Assembly (NCBI GenBank): GCA_008632985.1
Contig: QPGO01000020.1
Span: 186,001 to 250,000, forward strand
Direction of reading: 5' to 3'
Source: Psammoneis japonica
Taxonomy: Eukaryota
DNA length: 64,000 bases
This document shows positions 1 through 12,469 of this stretch, one piece after another. A program made the position numbers and the translations under genes. Positions within the stretch are counted from its first letter, which is position 1, and each line of letters begins with the position of its first letter. A model generated the notes under the pieces. It was not told the DNA's origin, ran no database searches, and worked only from the letters and a program-made list of their open reading frames with translations.

Positions 1-1
1 T

Positions 2-874
2 GTTCAGCGGCCCTTCGGCATCCTTCACGCGGTTGTTTGTTGTAATTCGATAAGCAATCGCGACGCAAAAGTGCAACTCTTGCTGGATGCTGGGGCGCGC
101 TTGACAGATCGAGACGGACGAAGTGGTTGGACCCCCTTGTACGCAGCATGCGTGTGTGGGCGTGCATCCACGGCTCGAATCCTCGTGTCACACGGTGCGG
201 CAGTCGAGGAAAGATGCAGGGATTCCACAGCTCTTCACGCTGCCGCGAGAGAAGGACATGGTGATGTCTGTCTGGTGCTTCTACGGAATGGCGCTGACGT
301 GAATTCAAAGATTGGAGAAGGTAGCACAGCTCTTCACGCTGCCGCGTTTCAAGGACATGGTGATGTCTGCCTGGTGCTTCTACGGAATGGCGCTGACGTG
401 AATTCAAAGGCTAGCAACGGTTCCACAGCTCTTCATATTGCCGCGTCTCAAGGACATGGTGATGTCTGCCTGGTGCTTCTACGGAATGGCGCTGACGTGC
501 ATTCAAAAGAAACTGAATTTGGTTACACAGCTCTTCACCTTGCTGCATACGAGCCGGACCGCGCATGCATTGTGAAAATGCTGTTGGAGTTTGGCGCTAA
601 TTTGAATGCCCAGTGCGAGTATGGTGACACACCATTGGACATATCCATCTCACGTGGACGCCACGATGTCACCTCTGTCTTGATGGAAGCGCATGGGCGA
701 CAACTTTTGTCGCACGACAACGTTCAGCCAGCCCTCTGGGCCCATGTGTTGGCCACAGTGGGGAACAGGAGTACTGACATGTCCAGAGTGGGCCTTGTTT
801 ACTCTTTGATTCGTGAGAAGCCGGATCTGGTTCAGCCAGGGGATGCGAGAAGGAATAAAAATCGATCTGATTGA
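2..874 (+). CDS. Ankyrin-repeat protein, 5'-partial (frame is open to the window start)
   Basis: Repeated TALHxAAxxGHGDVCLVLLRNGADVN ankyrin motifs; the frame upstream of the GTG at 71 has no stop back to position 2. Confidence 0.9.
   Translation, partial: VQRPFGILHAVVCCNSISNRDAKVQLLLDAGARLTDRDGRSGWTPLYAACVCGRASTARILVSHGAAVEERCRDSTALHAAAREGHGDVCLVLLRNGADVNSKIGEGSTALHAAAFQGHGDVCLVLLRNGADVNSKASNGSTALHIAASQGHGDVCLVLLRNGADVHSKETEFGYTALHLAAYEPDRACIVKMLLEFGANLNAQCEYGDTPLDISISRGRHDVTSVLMEAHGRQLLSHDNVQPALWAHVLATVGNRSTDMSRVGLVYSLIREKPDLVQPGDARRNKNRSD
223..540 (+). repeat. Three near-identical 99-bp intragenic tandem repeats (ankyrin units)
   Basis: cacagctcttca...ggacatggtgatgtctg.ctggtgcttctacggaatggcgctgacgtg recurs at about 99-bp spacing. 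Confidence 0.9.
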
Positions 875-1643
875 TTTCTTCCTGGAGTGTAAAGTCGCTT
901 TACTATATTTTCTATTCTAAAGAAAGCATGGGAGCTAACTTTCTTTATCTAGTTCACTAGAAACTGTACATCCGCTTTTACCTCAGGCTGGGTCGTCATG
1001 CCGTATCAGCATTGATGGAAATTCGTGCTCAGCAACGTACTAAGGCAGAGGCCGAATACGGCAATCCTGCCATGCAACGGAAGGCGGAACATGCCAATCA
1101 AGTGCTACATTGAGAGAAAGGGGAATACAATCAGAGGCTGAGACTGATGGTTGGATTTATCAACAATGAAATATTACAATATCTACTTTAGAGCTATTCC
1201 GATTCGAATGAACTTTGTAAAGGTTGAATGTCAAAAAGTAGCCTGCAGATTTTCGTGCTTGCTCCGCGGCTCGTCACGCCTCAAAGTTGTTGAAGGATCC
1301 CAATAACTGTGGATAGTTTGCTGATAATGAACGAATTCTTGATCGAATATTTCGAATAGTTAAGTTGCGCCGCGTGGTACAATGCAGAGATTGTTGCTAG
1401 TTTTTTATGGTAAATCGCCCTTGTATTGTCGGAAGGTGTAACCAATAAATGTAGAGCCCGTCGTTTCGTTCGGCAAGCAGTGCTCGTCTTCATGTAATGT
1501 CAATCGATGTACGAAACCTGCAAACCAAAACCTCCCATTTTCGCATCCGACATGCTCGCGGGGTATGGGTCATATAAAGGACGGACTCCCAGTGTTCAAC
1601 CCGCCATCTGTATACCGCCTCTTCTTTCTTTCTTTTTTTTGTG

Positions 1644-3225
1644 TCATCTTTTGGGCAAATAGGTCGCCTGCGCAATTTGAATAAACTGCAACAGGTCAGT
1701 CGCTTCTGATATTTCCACTTCAAAATCAGTTCGATTTGACACGCCTGCGGACTGAGCGAAGCAGCGACGAAGTACCGCCGTTGCATGTGTCGAAGAAAAC
1801 CTTAGCTTCTGCTTGATGACATGATTCAATCCGACGTCGTGATTCTTGGAAGAAAGACCCCAAAAAGAGAACGCGGCCTCTTCTTCTTTACCTTGTTGGG
1901 AGAGTGCCTGGATCTGAACCAAGAGTGGAACCAAGTGAATCGTCATGTTAAACGCTCTTCCAAACTCCAGCGCCAAATAGTAGTTGTTTGAAACAGAATC
2001 CACGTCATGATCATCCGGCGTGACGAGCTTGGCACCCTTGCGTTTTAGCTCGGAAATCAAATTGGAAAATTTCAGTTTGCTTCCAGGTGTCAGTAAGACA
2101 CGACTACTGAACGGAATGGCAGAAATCTCAGCGTCCTCGCCATCGTTGGTGGGGTATTCCATCTTCTTGGTCCATGCGTCCTCAAGCGACACCTTCCTAT
2201 CTTCCGCGTTGTTGTTGTTCTTGGCTTCTGTAGTTGCGGCGCTAGTTATTTCCTCCAATCTACGTGTTGCGGCTATTGCAACATCATGGCATTTAGCCAA
2301 AACATTGTCTGGAACACCGGTCCTTTTGTCCTTTAAAGTCAAGAACGCAAAATGCACCTGGGAAGCAGCACGCAACTTGTCCAATGAGCCAAGGCCTCGT
2401 TTCGTATGTACAGCTTATCGCTCTGCTGCTGCCGCGTCGGTGGCGGGATGGGTTTTGCCACAATCTTCATGGACTCTTGCAATGTCGAAAGTAACAACTC
2501 GTCATTCTGTGAGAGAAGCGGATCATCAGCTGTTGCTTTTCGTGTTGCGTCAGACAATGCCGAGCTCGTTTTCGCTTCACTGATTTGTGGTTGGAGTTTT
2601 TCGATGGTTTCCTTTAGAAATCTGGCTTTGCGTACTTGACAACATGAGAACGAATATTCTCAACGCGTTGCTCCAATAACTGCGCTAATTTCTCAACCGA
2701 CGCAGTGGTACTAATCGCAGCAGTTGTGTCTGTGTTCTTGTCTGATAACACACGCAACTCTATCGCCCATTGTTTTGCATTTTCGGTATGATCTCTGAGC
2801 TGCTTTGCCTTGGTGACTCCGTGCTTCTCTTTGACAAATCTTAAAGCGTCGTGGGAGCACTCGACAATTAATTTCAAGGCGTCCCCGTATTTCTGCTTTA
2901 GCTGAAGCAAACGTTCCTGCACAATCTTATCACTGGTTTCCGGTGTAGCTGCCGGTGGCTTGTAGCTTTTTTTGAGCTTCTTGAGCCTCTTCTGGATGCG
3001 TTTACGATAGTCAGCAAGAGAAGTCGCAGTCGTAAACATGGTATTCTCAAAGTCTGTGGCCAAGCGTAGTTTGGTGGCAAAGGTAGCTCCGGGTTCAAGT
3101 GATGCTAAGATCTTGGCGATTTCACGAACTTCTCGGTTTCTGTAAGATTGTTCTACGGAGCTTCTCCATTCGTCTGAGTTGCTCACTGTTGAGCTTCCCG
3201 ATGGCAGAGGTGGCGTTGTAGACAT
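1644..3225 (-). pseudogene. Protein with N-terminal KIX-like (Mediator Med15-type) helical domain, broken by two apparent frameshifts
   Basis: WRSSVEQSYR...ATDFENTMFTTATSLADYRKRIQKRL resembles the KIX_2 domain. Three co-directional ORFs (2614-3258, 2339-2557, 1644-2384) join by frameshifts near 2615 and 2385 with no intron signals. Either a pseudogene or assembly indels. Confidence 0.55.
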
Positions 3226-5237
3226 GGTATAGTAGCTTGGCGAAGTCTTATGGAGCACGACCTTCTTTTTCTCTTGACTTTATTTTTTTGTTGCTGCTAG
3301 CTGCTAGTTGTCACTGTGTTGCTGCTGTTGTCTTTTGCAAATTGTGAGGGAAAATGTGAGTTGACAACAACACACAACGATCAACGATTGGCGATACAGT
3401 AGGGCTACTCTACTAGAGAGGGCCCTAGCTAGCTAGCAGTAGCAACGGTCATGATTCCATTTTCAGAATTTTGTATTCTCCCATAGGACTTCCCACAGGA
3501 CTTCCGTAGTCCCACAGGACTTCCGCAGTCCCACGACTAGACTTGGTGTTGTGGCGAACGGAAAGAACCAAGGTCTGCCATGGTGGTTTTGACAGGTTTT
3601 TTGGATTGTTGCAAAACAATGTGCGTGGCGCTGCTGGCGTGAAACCCAGGCCTCATAAATGCGTGACTTCAAACTGGCACGGCAGGCGCGCTCCGGATAA
3701 GCGTACAGACCATCACCGCGGTGACAACACGGAGAACTTGTCAAAAAACCGCCGGAGCCGACGATGACATTGACGCGGTAGATAAGGTGTCTAAACATTC
3801 GTCGTTTTTTGGACCATTACAACAGAAGCTCTATTAGACCCTCATAGATATACGGTTGTAATCATCCATTCGGAGACACACATTTTGGTGAGAAACATTG
3901 AAACATGCCGTTGCACCCGTTCGTGACGCCATGTTGCATGCAGACAACGCATCAGCTCACCATTTGCCGGATATTCGGCACCCACTGAGTTAAAGTCCAA
4001 GTTTATAAAAAGGCAAGTAAATATAAAATCAAAATTGTGTTGCCAGCATGTCCAAGGCTCACCACTTGTTGTCTCACTGCCGCTGCAGCCAATTCTTGTT
4101 GTCTTTCCTAGCATGAGCACATCGCCGAATCCAACGTCGTCGTCACATCGTCAAACCCATTTCATCAATGGTGTTGACCAGACGAGTATTTTTGAAGACT
4201 TTAATAAAGCAACTGTAATGCATTCAGCCAAGTATTCTTGAATGGGAGAGAGTCGGGCGGATGAGAGTGAAAATGAAGAATGAAGTTGGTGTACGGTTCA
4301 AGAAAAAAGCAGTCAAACAACGTTGACAAAATATTCTGATGCTGTTATTCTATAGAATGATAAATAATAGTGAATAGTGCTCCTCCCTGGCTTGTATATA
4401 CTCTAGATTGATCGCAAAGACACAAATGTCAAATATGAAAATAGAAAAGTGTGGCTTGTGAATGAGTATTCGTGGATTACTTCACCCATTTATAGCATGA
4501 CAGAGGTCAGATATAGTTGTCACGAGGTCAAAGACAAATTAGAAAGTAGAACATTGCCATAAAATCGGTTTGTGATGATGTTATCATCATCTAATCTCGG
4601 TGTCGAGAACGGGTCAATTTCACTTCATCGTACAGCGAGTCACGTGTTTTGAATCCCGTATGAACCATTCGACTCAAAATTTTGGTAGAATTAGCTAGAC
4701 TTTGACCCCAGTTAGAGCCACAAAATACACGAGATATGAGCATTATCGGTCTCATACTCTTTAAACGGATGTCTTGCGAGAATGTAACAGGTGTGTATTG
4801 TTCATGGCACCTGGTATTTCAAAATAGAACTAACTTTTCGTGGAGCACCTTTATTACACGGGCAAGTGCGAGAGTCAATATTTAGTGATTGGTTAGTAAC
4901 TAACGTTCACCCCCATTCTAGGTCCCCAAAAGTGTCATGAACTTCGTATCTGAATACTATTAGTCGATCGAGGTGGGTATTTCGTTAAAAACGGGGGGTT
5001 AATTTTTACACGTGGCATCACGAAGCTGGGACGGAAAGCTGCGGCGTGCTGCTTTGGCTTTGGATTTTGGCCGGAACACGGACAATGGATGGACGCTGCG
5101 AAGGGGATCGATGGTTCGCTGGATGTGAAAGATGAGGAGCACCCTCTCGTTGTCATGCTAGCTTAACGAATCACAATCTTGTACAGTAGAGTATTTCGTA
5201 TGTTTGAAAAAGTTAAAGCTCTCACTAGTAGAGATAG

Positions 5238-6265
5238 CTAGTATCTTTCTTTCATTCTTTTGGCAACATTTCTCATATTGTTGTACACCTTTCCCGGAGG
5301 TGCACCAAGAATCAAGTCACAGATAGCGTTACGAGCCAGCCGTATGTTACTATAAGATCCAAGCATGTGGATGCGAGTATCAGCAATAACAATTCGAGTC
5401 CGTGTCGCGTTCTCAATGGCAAATCTGGTCTTTCCATCCTGCCCAGCAATTCGACCAACAGCCCGACTCAAGTGGTCACCTCTCAACATTTTCACGTCCG
5501 TGACGGAAAAGGATTCAATATACAAATCATCCAATCGCAACAAAGCTACTGCGTCCTGAACATCAAAGCCAAGCATGAAGGCTGCAACGAAATCAGCTCC
5601 CTTTTGGAGAGCTCCAGTATCTATGGTATGCGGCGACGTCTTCATCTCTACGGACCTCGTCTTTGTATTGAAGCGAACCTAAAGAAAGTAGAATAAAAGA
5701 GTATAAATATGCTGTGTGAGAGAGGTGCAATAAGTATCGCCACACGTAGACAGAAATATTCATGGCTCGGCGCATCAGACCGCGACTAGACGCCGCACCA
5801 TGCTTCATCCTCGAATAACACACTGGATTTTCGGAGGGTTTGTGTTCTTTCGAACGTCCAAAAACAGCAGTGGCTCTAAGAAGCGTTCGGCAACTTTCAT
5901 CACGCGCACGAGATAAGAACCGTGGTTCAGAAAACAAAAGTTCCGCTACTCGCCTGCAATTTTAGGTACTCCACCAACGGTGTTAGAATTTGCTCCCACG
6001 TTTCTCGAAGCGGCGTGTAACGATGAGCCGGGCATCTGACACGGCGATATTCCACCTTGTTTTGGGATGCCTGCATGGCATTGAGCTTGGGAAACACCGG
6101 CTGCTGCTCGTCATCCTCCTCGTTCTGTTGCTCCTTTGCAATTGAGGCGCTTTGCAGAATCCGACTCTGAACGACTGAGGCATCAATCGTAGTCTTCGCA
6201 TTACTCATGACCATGTTGTCGGATTCGTCCAACGTCATTGTTGCATCCTCCTCCATTGCAGTCAT
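5238..6265 (-). CDS. PNO1: Pre-rRNA-processing KH-domain protein PNO1/DIM2; 2 exons, GC-AG intron 5953-5679
   Basis: Motifs RRVRCPAHRYTPLRETW, LKLQ|VRFNTKTRSVEMKTS, DHLSRAVGRIAGQDGKTRFAIENATRTRIV and LILGAPPGKVY; splicing CAG|gcgagt...tttag|GTT keeps the frame. Confidence 0.93.
5770..5907 (-). ncRNA. Candidate intronic box C/D snoRNA in the PNO1 intron
   Basis: Minus strand reads GCGC-GTGATGA (box C, 5903-5897) ... AGGATGA (C'-like) ... CTGA (box D, 5778-5775)-T-GCGC, giving a terminal stem. Box D lies about 96 nt upstream of the 3' splice site. Confidence 0.5.
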
Positions 6266-6695
6266 GTTGTTTACAGCTCTATCGAGGCTCGATCCAGGTG
6301 AATGTTGATGAGATGTGTCGTTGTGGTCGTTGGGAAATTTGTGACGACCAAGAATCATCATCCCTCCAGTGGTCGTGCGATAGGTCATGGGTCAATGGTC
6401 ATTCACATTTTATTCAGATCTGAAGGATTTCAATCAAACGTCCTTCATCGCCAGGTCGGAGGGAAAAAACGCACAAGAAAAGCATTTCAAAAGCGACACA
6501 ACACGGCCGCCGCCACGTGCGCCAACGACGACTATTACCTTACGTGTCATTCGTTTTAAAAAAGTGAGGCAAAATCAAGCTCATTCTACCATCGCCAATT
6601 CGGCTGCTCTTTCAATAAAGTATACGACAAAAAGTGTTGAAATCACCACTGGTGGCGTTAGACAATAACTTTGCTTTCAAGTCAAGTCGAGAAAA

Positions 6696-8087
6696 ATGAA
6701 GAGACATACGTCATTGATTCATGGAGCTCTTGTCGCCCTATTTGCTTCATCGATTTTGCTACCCAATAAACAATTCGCTATCGCGTACACCGTAAATACT
6801 CCATTCACAGCAGCTGCAACGACTGTGTCACGTTTCTCGCCAAGGATGCCGTCTCGTTTCTTTACTCACACAAATGCAGTGAGTCGTTTCTGCCAGGAAG
6901 GACCATGGCGGACAACACGAAAATCGACTACTGCTCTTTCCATGAAGGCCAGTGCTCCTCTTCCTTATCCTGTACGAGTGACTGTCATGGGAGGTGGAAA
7001 CTTTGGTTTGGCATTGGCATCCGTTTGTGGTCGACAGGGAATTCCGGTAACTCTGCTTGTGCGAAAGGAAGAAGTGGCTGAAGCCATCAACAACAATCAT
7101 ACGCACCCGAAATATGCTCCCGACATTCCGATTCCAGTGTCAGTTCGAGCAACGACAGATCCGGAATCAGCTCTTTCGGATGCCACCTATGTCATTCACG
7201 CCGTTCCAGTACAATACAGTCGAGCATTTCTCGACTCAATCAAGGAGTACCTGCCTGCATCGACTCCAGTACTTTCAGTGAGCAAAGGCATTGAAACCAC
7301 AAGTCTCGGATTCATGAATGATATTCTCAAAGATTGTCTCGGCGAGGAACGACCGTATGCATTCTTGTCTGGCCCATCCTTTGCCAAGGAAATTCGCATG
7401 GGCGTTGCCACAGCGGTTGTGATTGCTTCCGAGGACCTGGATTTGGCAAGGGATTTGGCCGAACTCCTCTCGGATGATCGATTCCGTTGTTTTACTTCCA
7501 AAGATGTAATGGGCGTTGAGATTGGTGGTGCTGTCAAAAATGTGATTGCGCTCGCAGCTGGCATGTGCGAGGGTCTCGGGCTAGGCACAAACACAAAGAG
7601 TACGTTGGTCACACGAGGTTGCGGGGAAATGAGAAGGTTAGGTCTCACATTTGGAGCTCAACCAAGCACCATTGCGGGTTTGTCTGGTGAGTAAAATATG
7701 GCACACATTGCTGGAATGTTACATTGTGACGGTTACTCGTATCTCACATTGTCGGTTCATGCAGGCGCTGGAGATACGTTTGGAACGTGCTTTGGACCGC
7801 TCTCACGAAATCGAAAGTTCGGCTTTGAACTTGGGGAAGGGAAATCTATGGAGGAAATCCTATCGAGTACGTCAGAAGTGGCTGAAGGCGTAGATACCTC
7901 CATTGCTCTTGTGCGTCTCATTAAAACTAAAGTCCGAGGGTACCGACTGGATCTCAAGTATCCAATTCTGTTTGCAGTCGCAAGTGTGCTAGAGGGAAAG
8001 ACGACGCCTCAGGAAGGATTAGAGGGATTTATGAATATGCCCATGCAAATGGAAAACTTTGACGAAAAGGATGTTAGTGTTTCCTAA
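6696..8087 (+). CDS. gpsA: NAD(P)-dependent glycerol-3-phosphate dehydrogenase, probably plastid-targeted; intron 7687-7764
   Basis: VMGGGNFGLALA, SKGIE, LSGPSFAKE, GGAVKNVIALAAG and GLSG|AGDTFGTC...SRNR motifs; signal peptide followed by AIAYT and a Ser/Thr/Arg-rich transit-like region. Confidence 0.93.
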
Positions 8088-8250
8088 CATGTACTGTAGC
8101 TAGTTCACACAAAGGATCGTACATTCGCTACCATGTAAAAATGATCACTAGAGTTTCATCATCCTGCACTGTGTTCCTTTCGTGTTCCCCATATTTGAAC
8201 GAGCAACTTGTTTATGAGAGGATTCCATACGAGCTCCCTCTGACCCGCTT

Positions 8251-9804
8251 TTACGATCGCCGCTTCAAAAGACGTTTCATCTCCTTCTTTAGTGCGGCTT
8301 CTCGCACCTTGTGTTCTTTGACATCAGCCGTAAGGCGCTCGATGGTTTCATTTTTGTCCTTGACTCGCTGCGCCACAGTCAACACTTCGTTTTGTAATCG
8401 CTCCATTACGGATTTACTGACTCCCAATCGTCCACCCGTGTCCTTGCTGCTGCGAAGCAAAGACACTTCGTCTTGCAGTTTTTCGTATTGTGTCCTCATG
8501 CGTTTCAGATCTCTAGTTTTGACCATGAGTGATTCTTCAAGTTCCGACGTATCCTGTTCCTCTCCAAGTTGTTTGATTTGATCGGATAAACTCTCTTCCA
8601 CTTGTTCCATAGCTGCCCGAGCTTCTTCTTGAATTTCCCTAATCTTATCCATCATCTTGGTGTCAACAGCAGAGCCCCGGTAGCTGCTTGCCCGTCCCTT
8701 ATCGTTCTTGAGCGATCCCAACTGATTTCTCAATTTGAGTTCAATCAACAAGAGCGCGACCTTGACTTGTCCGTGTACCAATGATGCAGTCTCCAACGTT
8801 GATAAGAGACGCTCTCCATCGTGGCCCACGTCTTGACTATCCGATGGCTTGAGTTTGTCAATCACATCTTCCAAGCCTTGAATTGAATCATCCGCTTTTT
8901 CCCATACGTGAGCCACTCGTTCCAACGTTTCCATCGTCTCTTGCCGATCAGCTGTCAGGCTATCCATAGCTTGTACTGCGTCAATGGCACCCTTCTTTTT
9001 GAGTTCGTCCAGCTCTTCAGATAACTTCTGAGCTCTTTCCTCCAGCTTTTCGTTTTCCTCCTCCAACCGCGCCACTCCATCCGCAGTTTCGTTCTCTACT
9101 TCCACCAATTGATTCCTTAATTCGACCTTGTCTTGTTCAAGCGCTTCAACCATTTTCAGTAGCTGTTTTGCTTGAGCATCATTCGCTCCGCCGCCGTGCT
9201 GAGGTGTATCCATATCGTCGTCGTCGTTTTCGTTTTGCTTTCCGCTCTTGAGTTGTTCTTCGTATGCGATTTCCAACTGTCGCTTCTCGTTATCAAGCGT
9301 AGCCATTTGATTCATGAGTTCCATTTCCATACGGCACTTATCGTCCATGACATCCCCAATCTCTTCCTTTAGAGACTTGACAACTTCATCGCATGATTTC
9401 TTCACCATGCTGATTTGATTGTCCAGAATACCGACCGTCTGCATGGACTTGCTCAGCTGCGACTGTATGTGAAGGACATAGGGCGCATCCAACGACACGG
9501 GCAGTTCATCGGGATCTTCCATTTGTGTCTCCATTTCTCTCATGTCCCTGAGCAGCTCTGACATGCGATCCTCGGCAGCCTCCTTGTCTCTTCGAAGCGA
9601 ATCGCACTCGAGACGCATCCAATAAATATCTTCCTTGTGCTTGATTTGCGCAGCGCCGATTTCACTCCTCAACAAATTCAGCTCTTCAGTCTGTCGCTGC
9701 TTTTGACGCTCCAACACGGCAATTCGTGAATCCTTTTGTCTCAATTTATCCTCCATTTCAAGATGGTTCGCGCTGTCGTTTGCCTGAGGAGGCATGGATG
9801 CCAT
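8251..9804 (-). CDS. Long coiled-coil protein, function unknown
   Basis: 517-aa intact ORF with E/K/L/Q-rich heptad pattern. Confidence 0.8.
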   Translation of the reverse strand: MASMPPQANDSANHLEMEDKLRQKDSRIAVLERQKQRQTEELNLLRSEIGAAQIKHKEDIYWMRLECDSLRRDKEAAEDRMSELLRDMREMETQMEDPDELPVSLDAPYVLHIQSQLSKSMQTVGILDNQISMVKKSCDEVVKSLKEEIGDVMDDKCRMEMELMNQMATLDNEKRQLEIAYEEQLKSGKQNENDDDDMDTPQHGGGANDAQAKQLLKMVEALEQDKVELRNQLVEVENETADGVARLEEENEKLEERAQKLSEELDELKKKGAIDAVQAMDSLTADRQETMETLERVAHVWEKADDSIQGLEDVIDKLKPSDSQDVGHDGERLLSTLETASLVHGQVKVALLLIELKLRNQLGSLKNDKGRASSYRGSAVDTKMMDKIREIQEEARAAMEQVEESLSDQIKQLGEEQDTSELEESLMVKTRDLKRMRTQYEKLQDEVSLLRSSKDTGGRLGVSKSVMERLQNEVLTVAQRVKDKNETIERLTADVKEHKVREAALKKEMKRLLKRRS

Positions 9805-12469
9805 GGCACGAATTTGATTCCGACTGTTCTTTTTAGCGAAAGTTTCGATCTGGCAACGGTCTTTGTTGTCACAGTGCAGTAATATGCTGGCGATTTATGC
9901 TCTCCACTAGTCTTGGGTAGTTCCTCCCAGCGATGTAATCACGCGGCAGCAACCTGCTTTCTCATGGTTTTTCGCGACTGGGTGTTCCCGCAAGGAGCAG
10001 GAACAAGGCACAAAGGCACGTTGAGTTGTGCGTGACGGTTGCTAAGATGAATATATCCACGACTTAGAATAAAGATGAAATTTTCAACCACAACATATAA
10101 TTAAAAAAAATTTGGTATGGTTTGGATATCTCTCTATTTATCTAATAATACTTCTCCCGCCATTTTGCTCAACGGTCGCGTCGGTCTGTCTTTGCTCCAC
10201 CGCACCAAAAACGAGCGACGCAAGCCGCAAACACGACACTCTGACAACGAAACACACCGAACACAGTGGCGGGTCCTGCATGGGAACAACTCCAACATCG
10301 TGGAAATGAGTTTTTTCACGATTTTCTCTCACCCGCATGGCTGAAATCTGGCTTAAATCAGATTTTGTTATGACTGTCGTCATGCAGCAGGAGGAAAACG
10401 TTGGAATGCTCCATCCACAAAGCAAGACAGTGACGCCACCTCTTGCTTTTTGCTGGCAGCAACATGAGTGCAAGAAGCCAGCACACAAGGGGGGAAAACA
10501 GCATGCAATGACTTTGAACCAGCTTCATTTTGGGGCAAATTAGAAGCACAAGAGCATTGTTGGAAGCAGCAAGCTGTCACTCAAGTCATCTCCCGAGAGC
10601 CAGCAAAACAGCGCTTGCTCTTTTTCCTCTGCTGAGATTTCATTGGTCAAAACATCCACAGTGGGCCCATGTTGCTCTTTCCTCCAAAATTTTGCTCTGA
10701 ACTCACCCACAAATCTGCACCGGAAAAGCAGCGTGCCAGCGAGATGGCTGCAGCGGCATTTTTTGTGGCTGGCAAAGTCGGGCCACACACAAAAAAGGCA
10801 CTGAGAGAATGATGCCATGTTTGTGTCACAATCTCCAAACAATCAAGCCAAGCAATGAGCAGCTGCACAGCTGCAGCAATTTGTCTGCCCCACGCACATG
10901 TCCTGCATGGGGCTTGGTCATTGCATGGGTTCTTCTTTTCCCCTCATGCATCTTGAGCTTGGCTGCAAAGCAGAACGGTGCCATTGAAAACAAGTGCATG
11001 GAGCATCAAGCACAAGTTGAGTGGGGAGGCTGAGCTGGAGCTGCCATGTCTTGCACAGTCCATTTTCCAGTTGGCAAGTTTTCTTCTGCTCAGCTCACAT
11101 CACTCCGCCCACTCTGGAGTCTGTGTGTTGCTCTTTCTCATCACCCTGCTTGCCCCAGAGTTTGTGCAAAGAAGAGCAGTGTGTGCAGCAAAGTTGAGAG
11201 GTGCAAAAAAGCCAAGAGAGTGATTTGCTCATCACCTGTGATCAAGCTGACCAAGATCCTGCTCATTTGTCAGAACCACATTGCTGAGAACTTCATTTTG
11301 CTTTGTCATTTTTTGTGAGGCCCAAATGAGAACAATGACAAGCCATTCACATTTTGTGGCAGACTTGTGGCAAAGCAATGCAATTGCTGCTTGGCTGCAA
11401 GCTGCCCCAGACACCATCTCAAACACATGCAACAACATTTGCGGCCTCAGATCTTTCACTTCTTCTCTTTTTTGCCATGTTGAGCAGCCAGAGCTCAGCA
11501 CACACACTTGCGGAACAAAAGAGATCAGATGAAAAAGCCCATTTGTCAAAAAGAAGCCTCCTCTTTAAAGAGCAGTCTCTTTCTGCAACCCATGGATCAT
11601 TCCTCATGGCAAACAGTCTGTTGCAGCTGACATGTCACCCATGTGTTGGATCAAGACATTGTGGCTGTGCCAAGAAAAGAACTGCACACTGTTGAAACAG
11701 CAGTCAAATGGGCTGCAGACAGCGCCAGCTTCAGTTTGCCACAGTGAAAAGCACATGCAGCAAGTGCTTGACCATCTGAGCACACCACAAGACCATGTCT
11801 TTGTGAGTTGTGCCCACAGTCCTCAAGCTGTGCAGTGACTGAATGACCACTCAAGCACCACTTTGCATTGCTCTCATCAAGATTTCTTTGGCAAAACCAG
11901 ATGGGGTGGCTCTGTCAGAAGAACCAAAGTCCACCCACACACCAACAAGCACAGCTTTTTCTGCAGATCTGCAGCCAAAGTGGACAGGGCAAGATGACTG
12001 TGCATTTGTTGCTGAAGTGAAAAAAAGACAGCCACAAAAGAGCAAAAAATGGCACAGCTTGGGTGCAGCTGCACTCTTCTTGCAACAACTCAAGGCCCAA
12101 TGATGCAGCTCATGTGACCATGTCAGAAGCTTGGCTTGATGTGCCAACAAGAAGTCTCATGCATTTGGTGCGCAGCTTCTTTGGTGGCTGTGACAAGGAA
12201 ATGGCATCTCACAGGGACACAGAGCATGCAGTGTTGAACTTCCAACACAGACACAAGCTTGCTGAAAACATGTTTGGACAGAGAAGAGCAAGTGGCAGTC
12301 AGCAAAGAGCATTGCTCCATCAAAGCACCCCTTTTGATGTTGGCTCTGGATGCAAAGAGACAATGGGAGCAAGAAGAAGCAAGAGTGTTTCTTCAAGAGA
12401 TTTCCAGCTCAGGAGCACACATCTGCAGCAGGGATCTGAGCCAAGACAAAATCAACTGGACACTTCACT

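Noticed and set aside
3470..4940. Possible non-autonomous DNA transposon, with short cccacaggacttcc repeats at about 3481-3535 and an AT-rich interior
   Set aside because: No matching terminal inverted repeats, TSD or coding similarity could be identified by eye.
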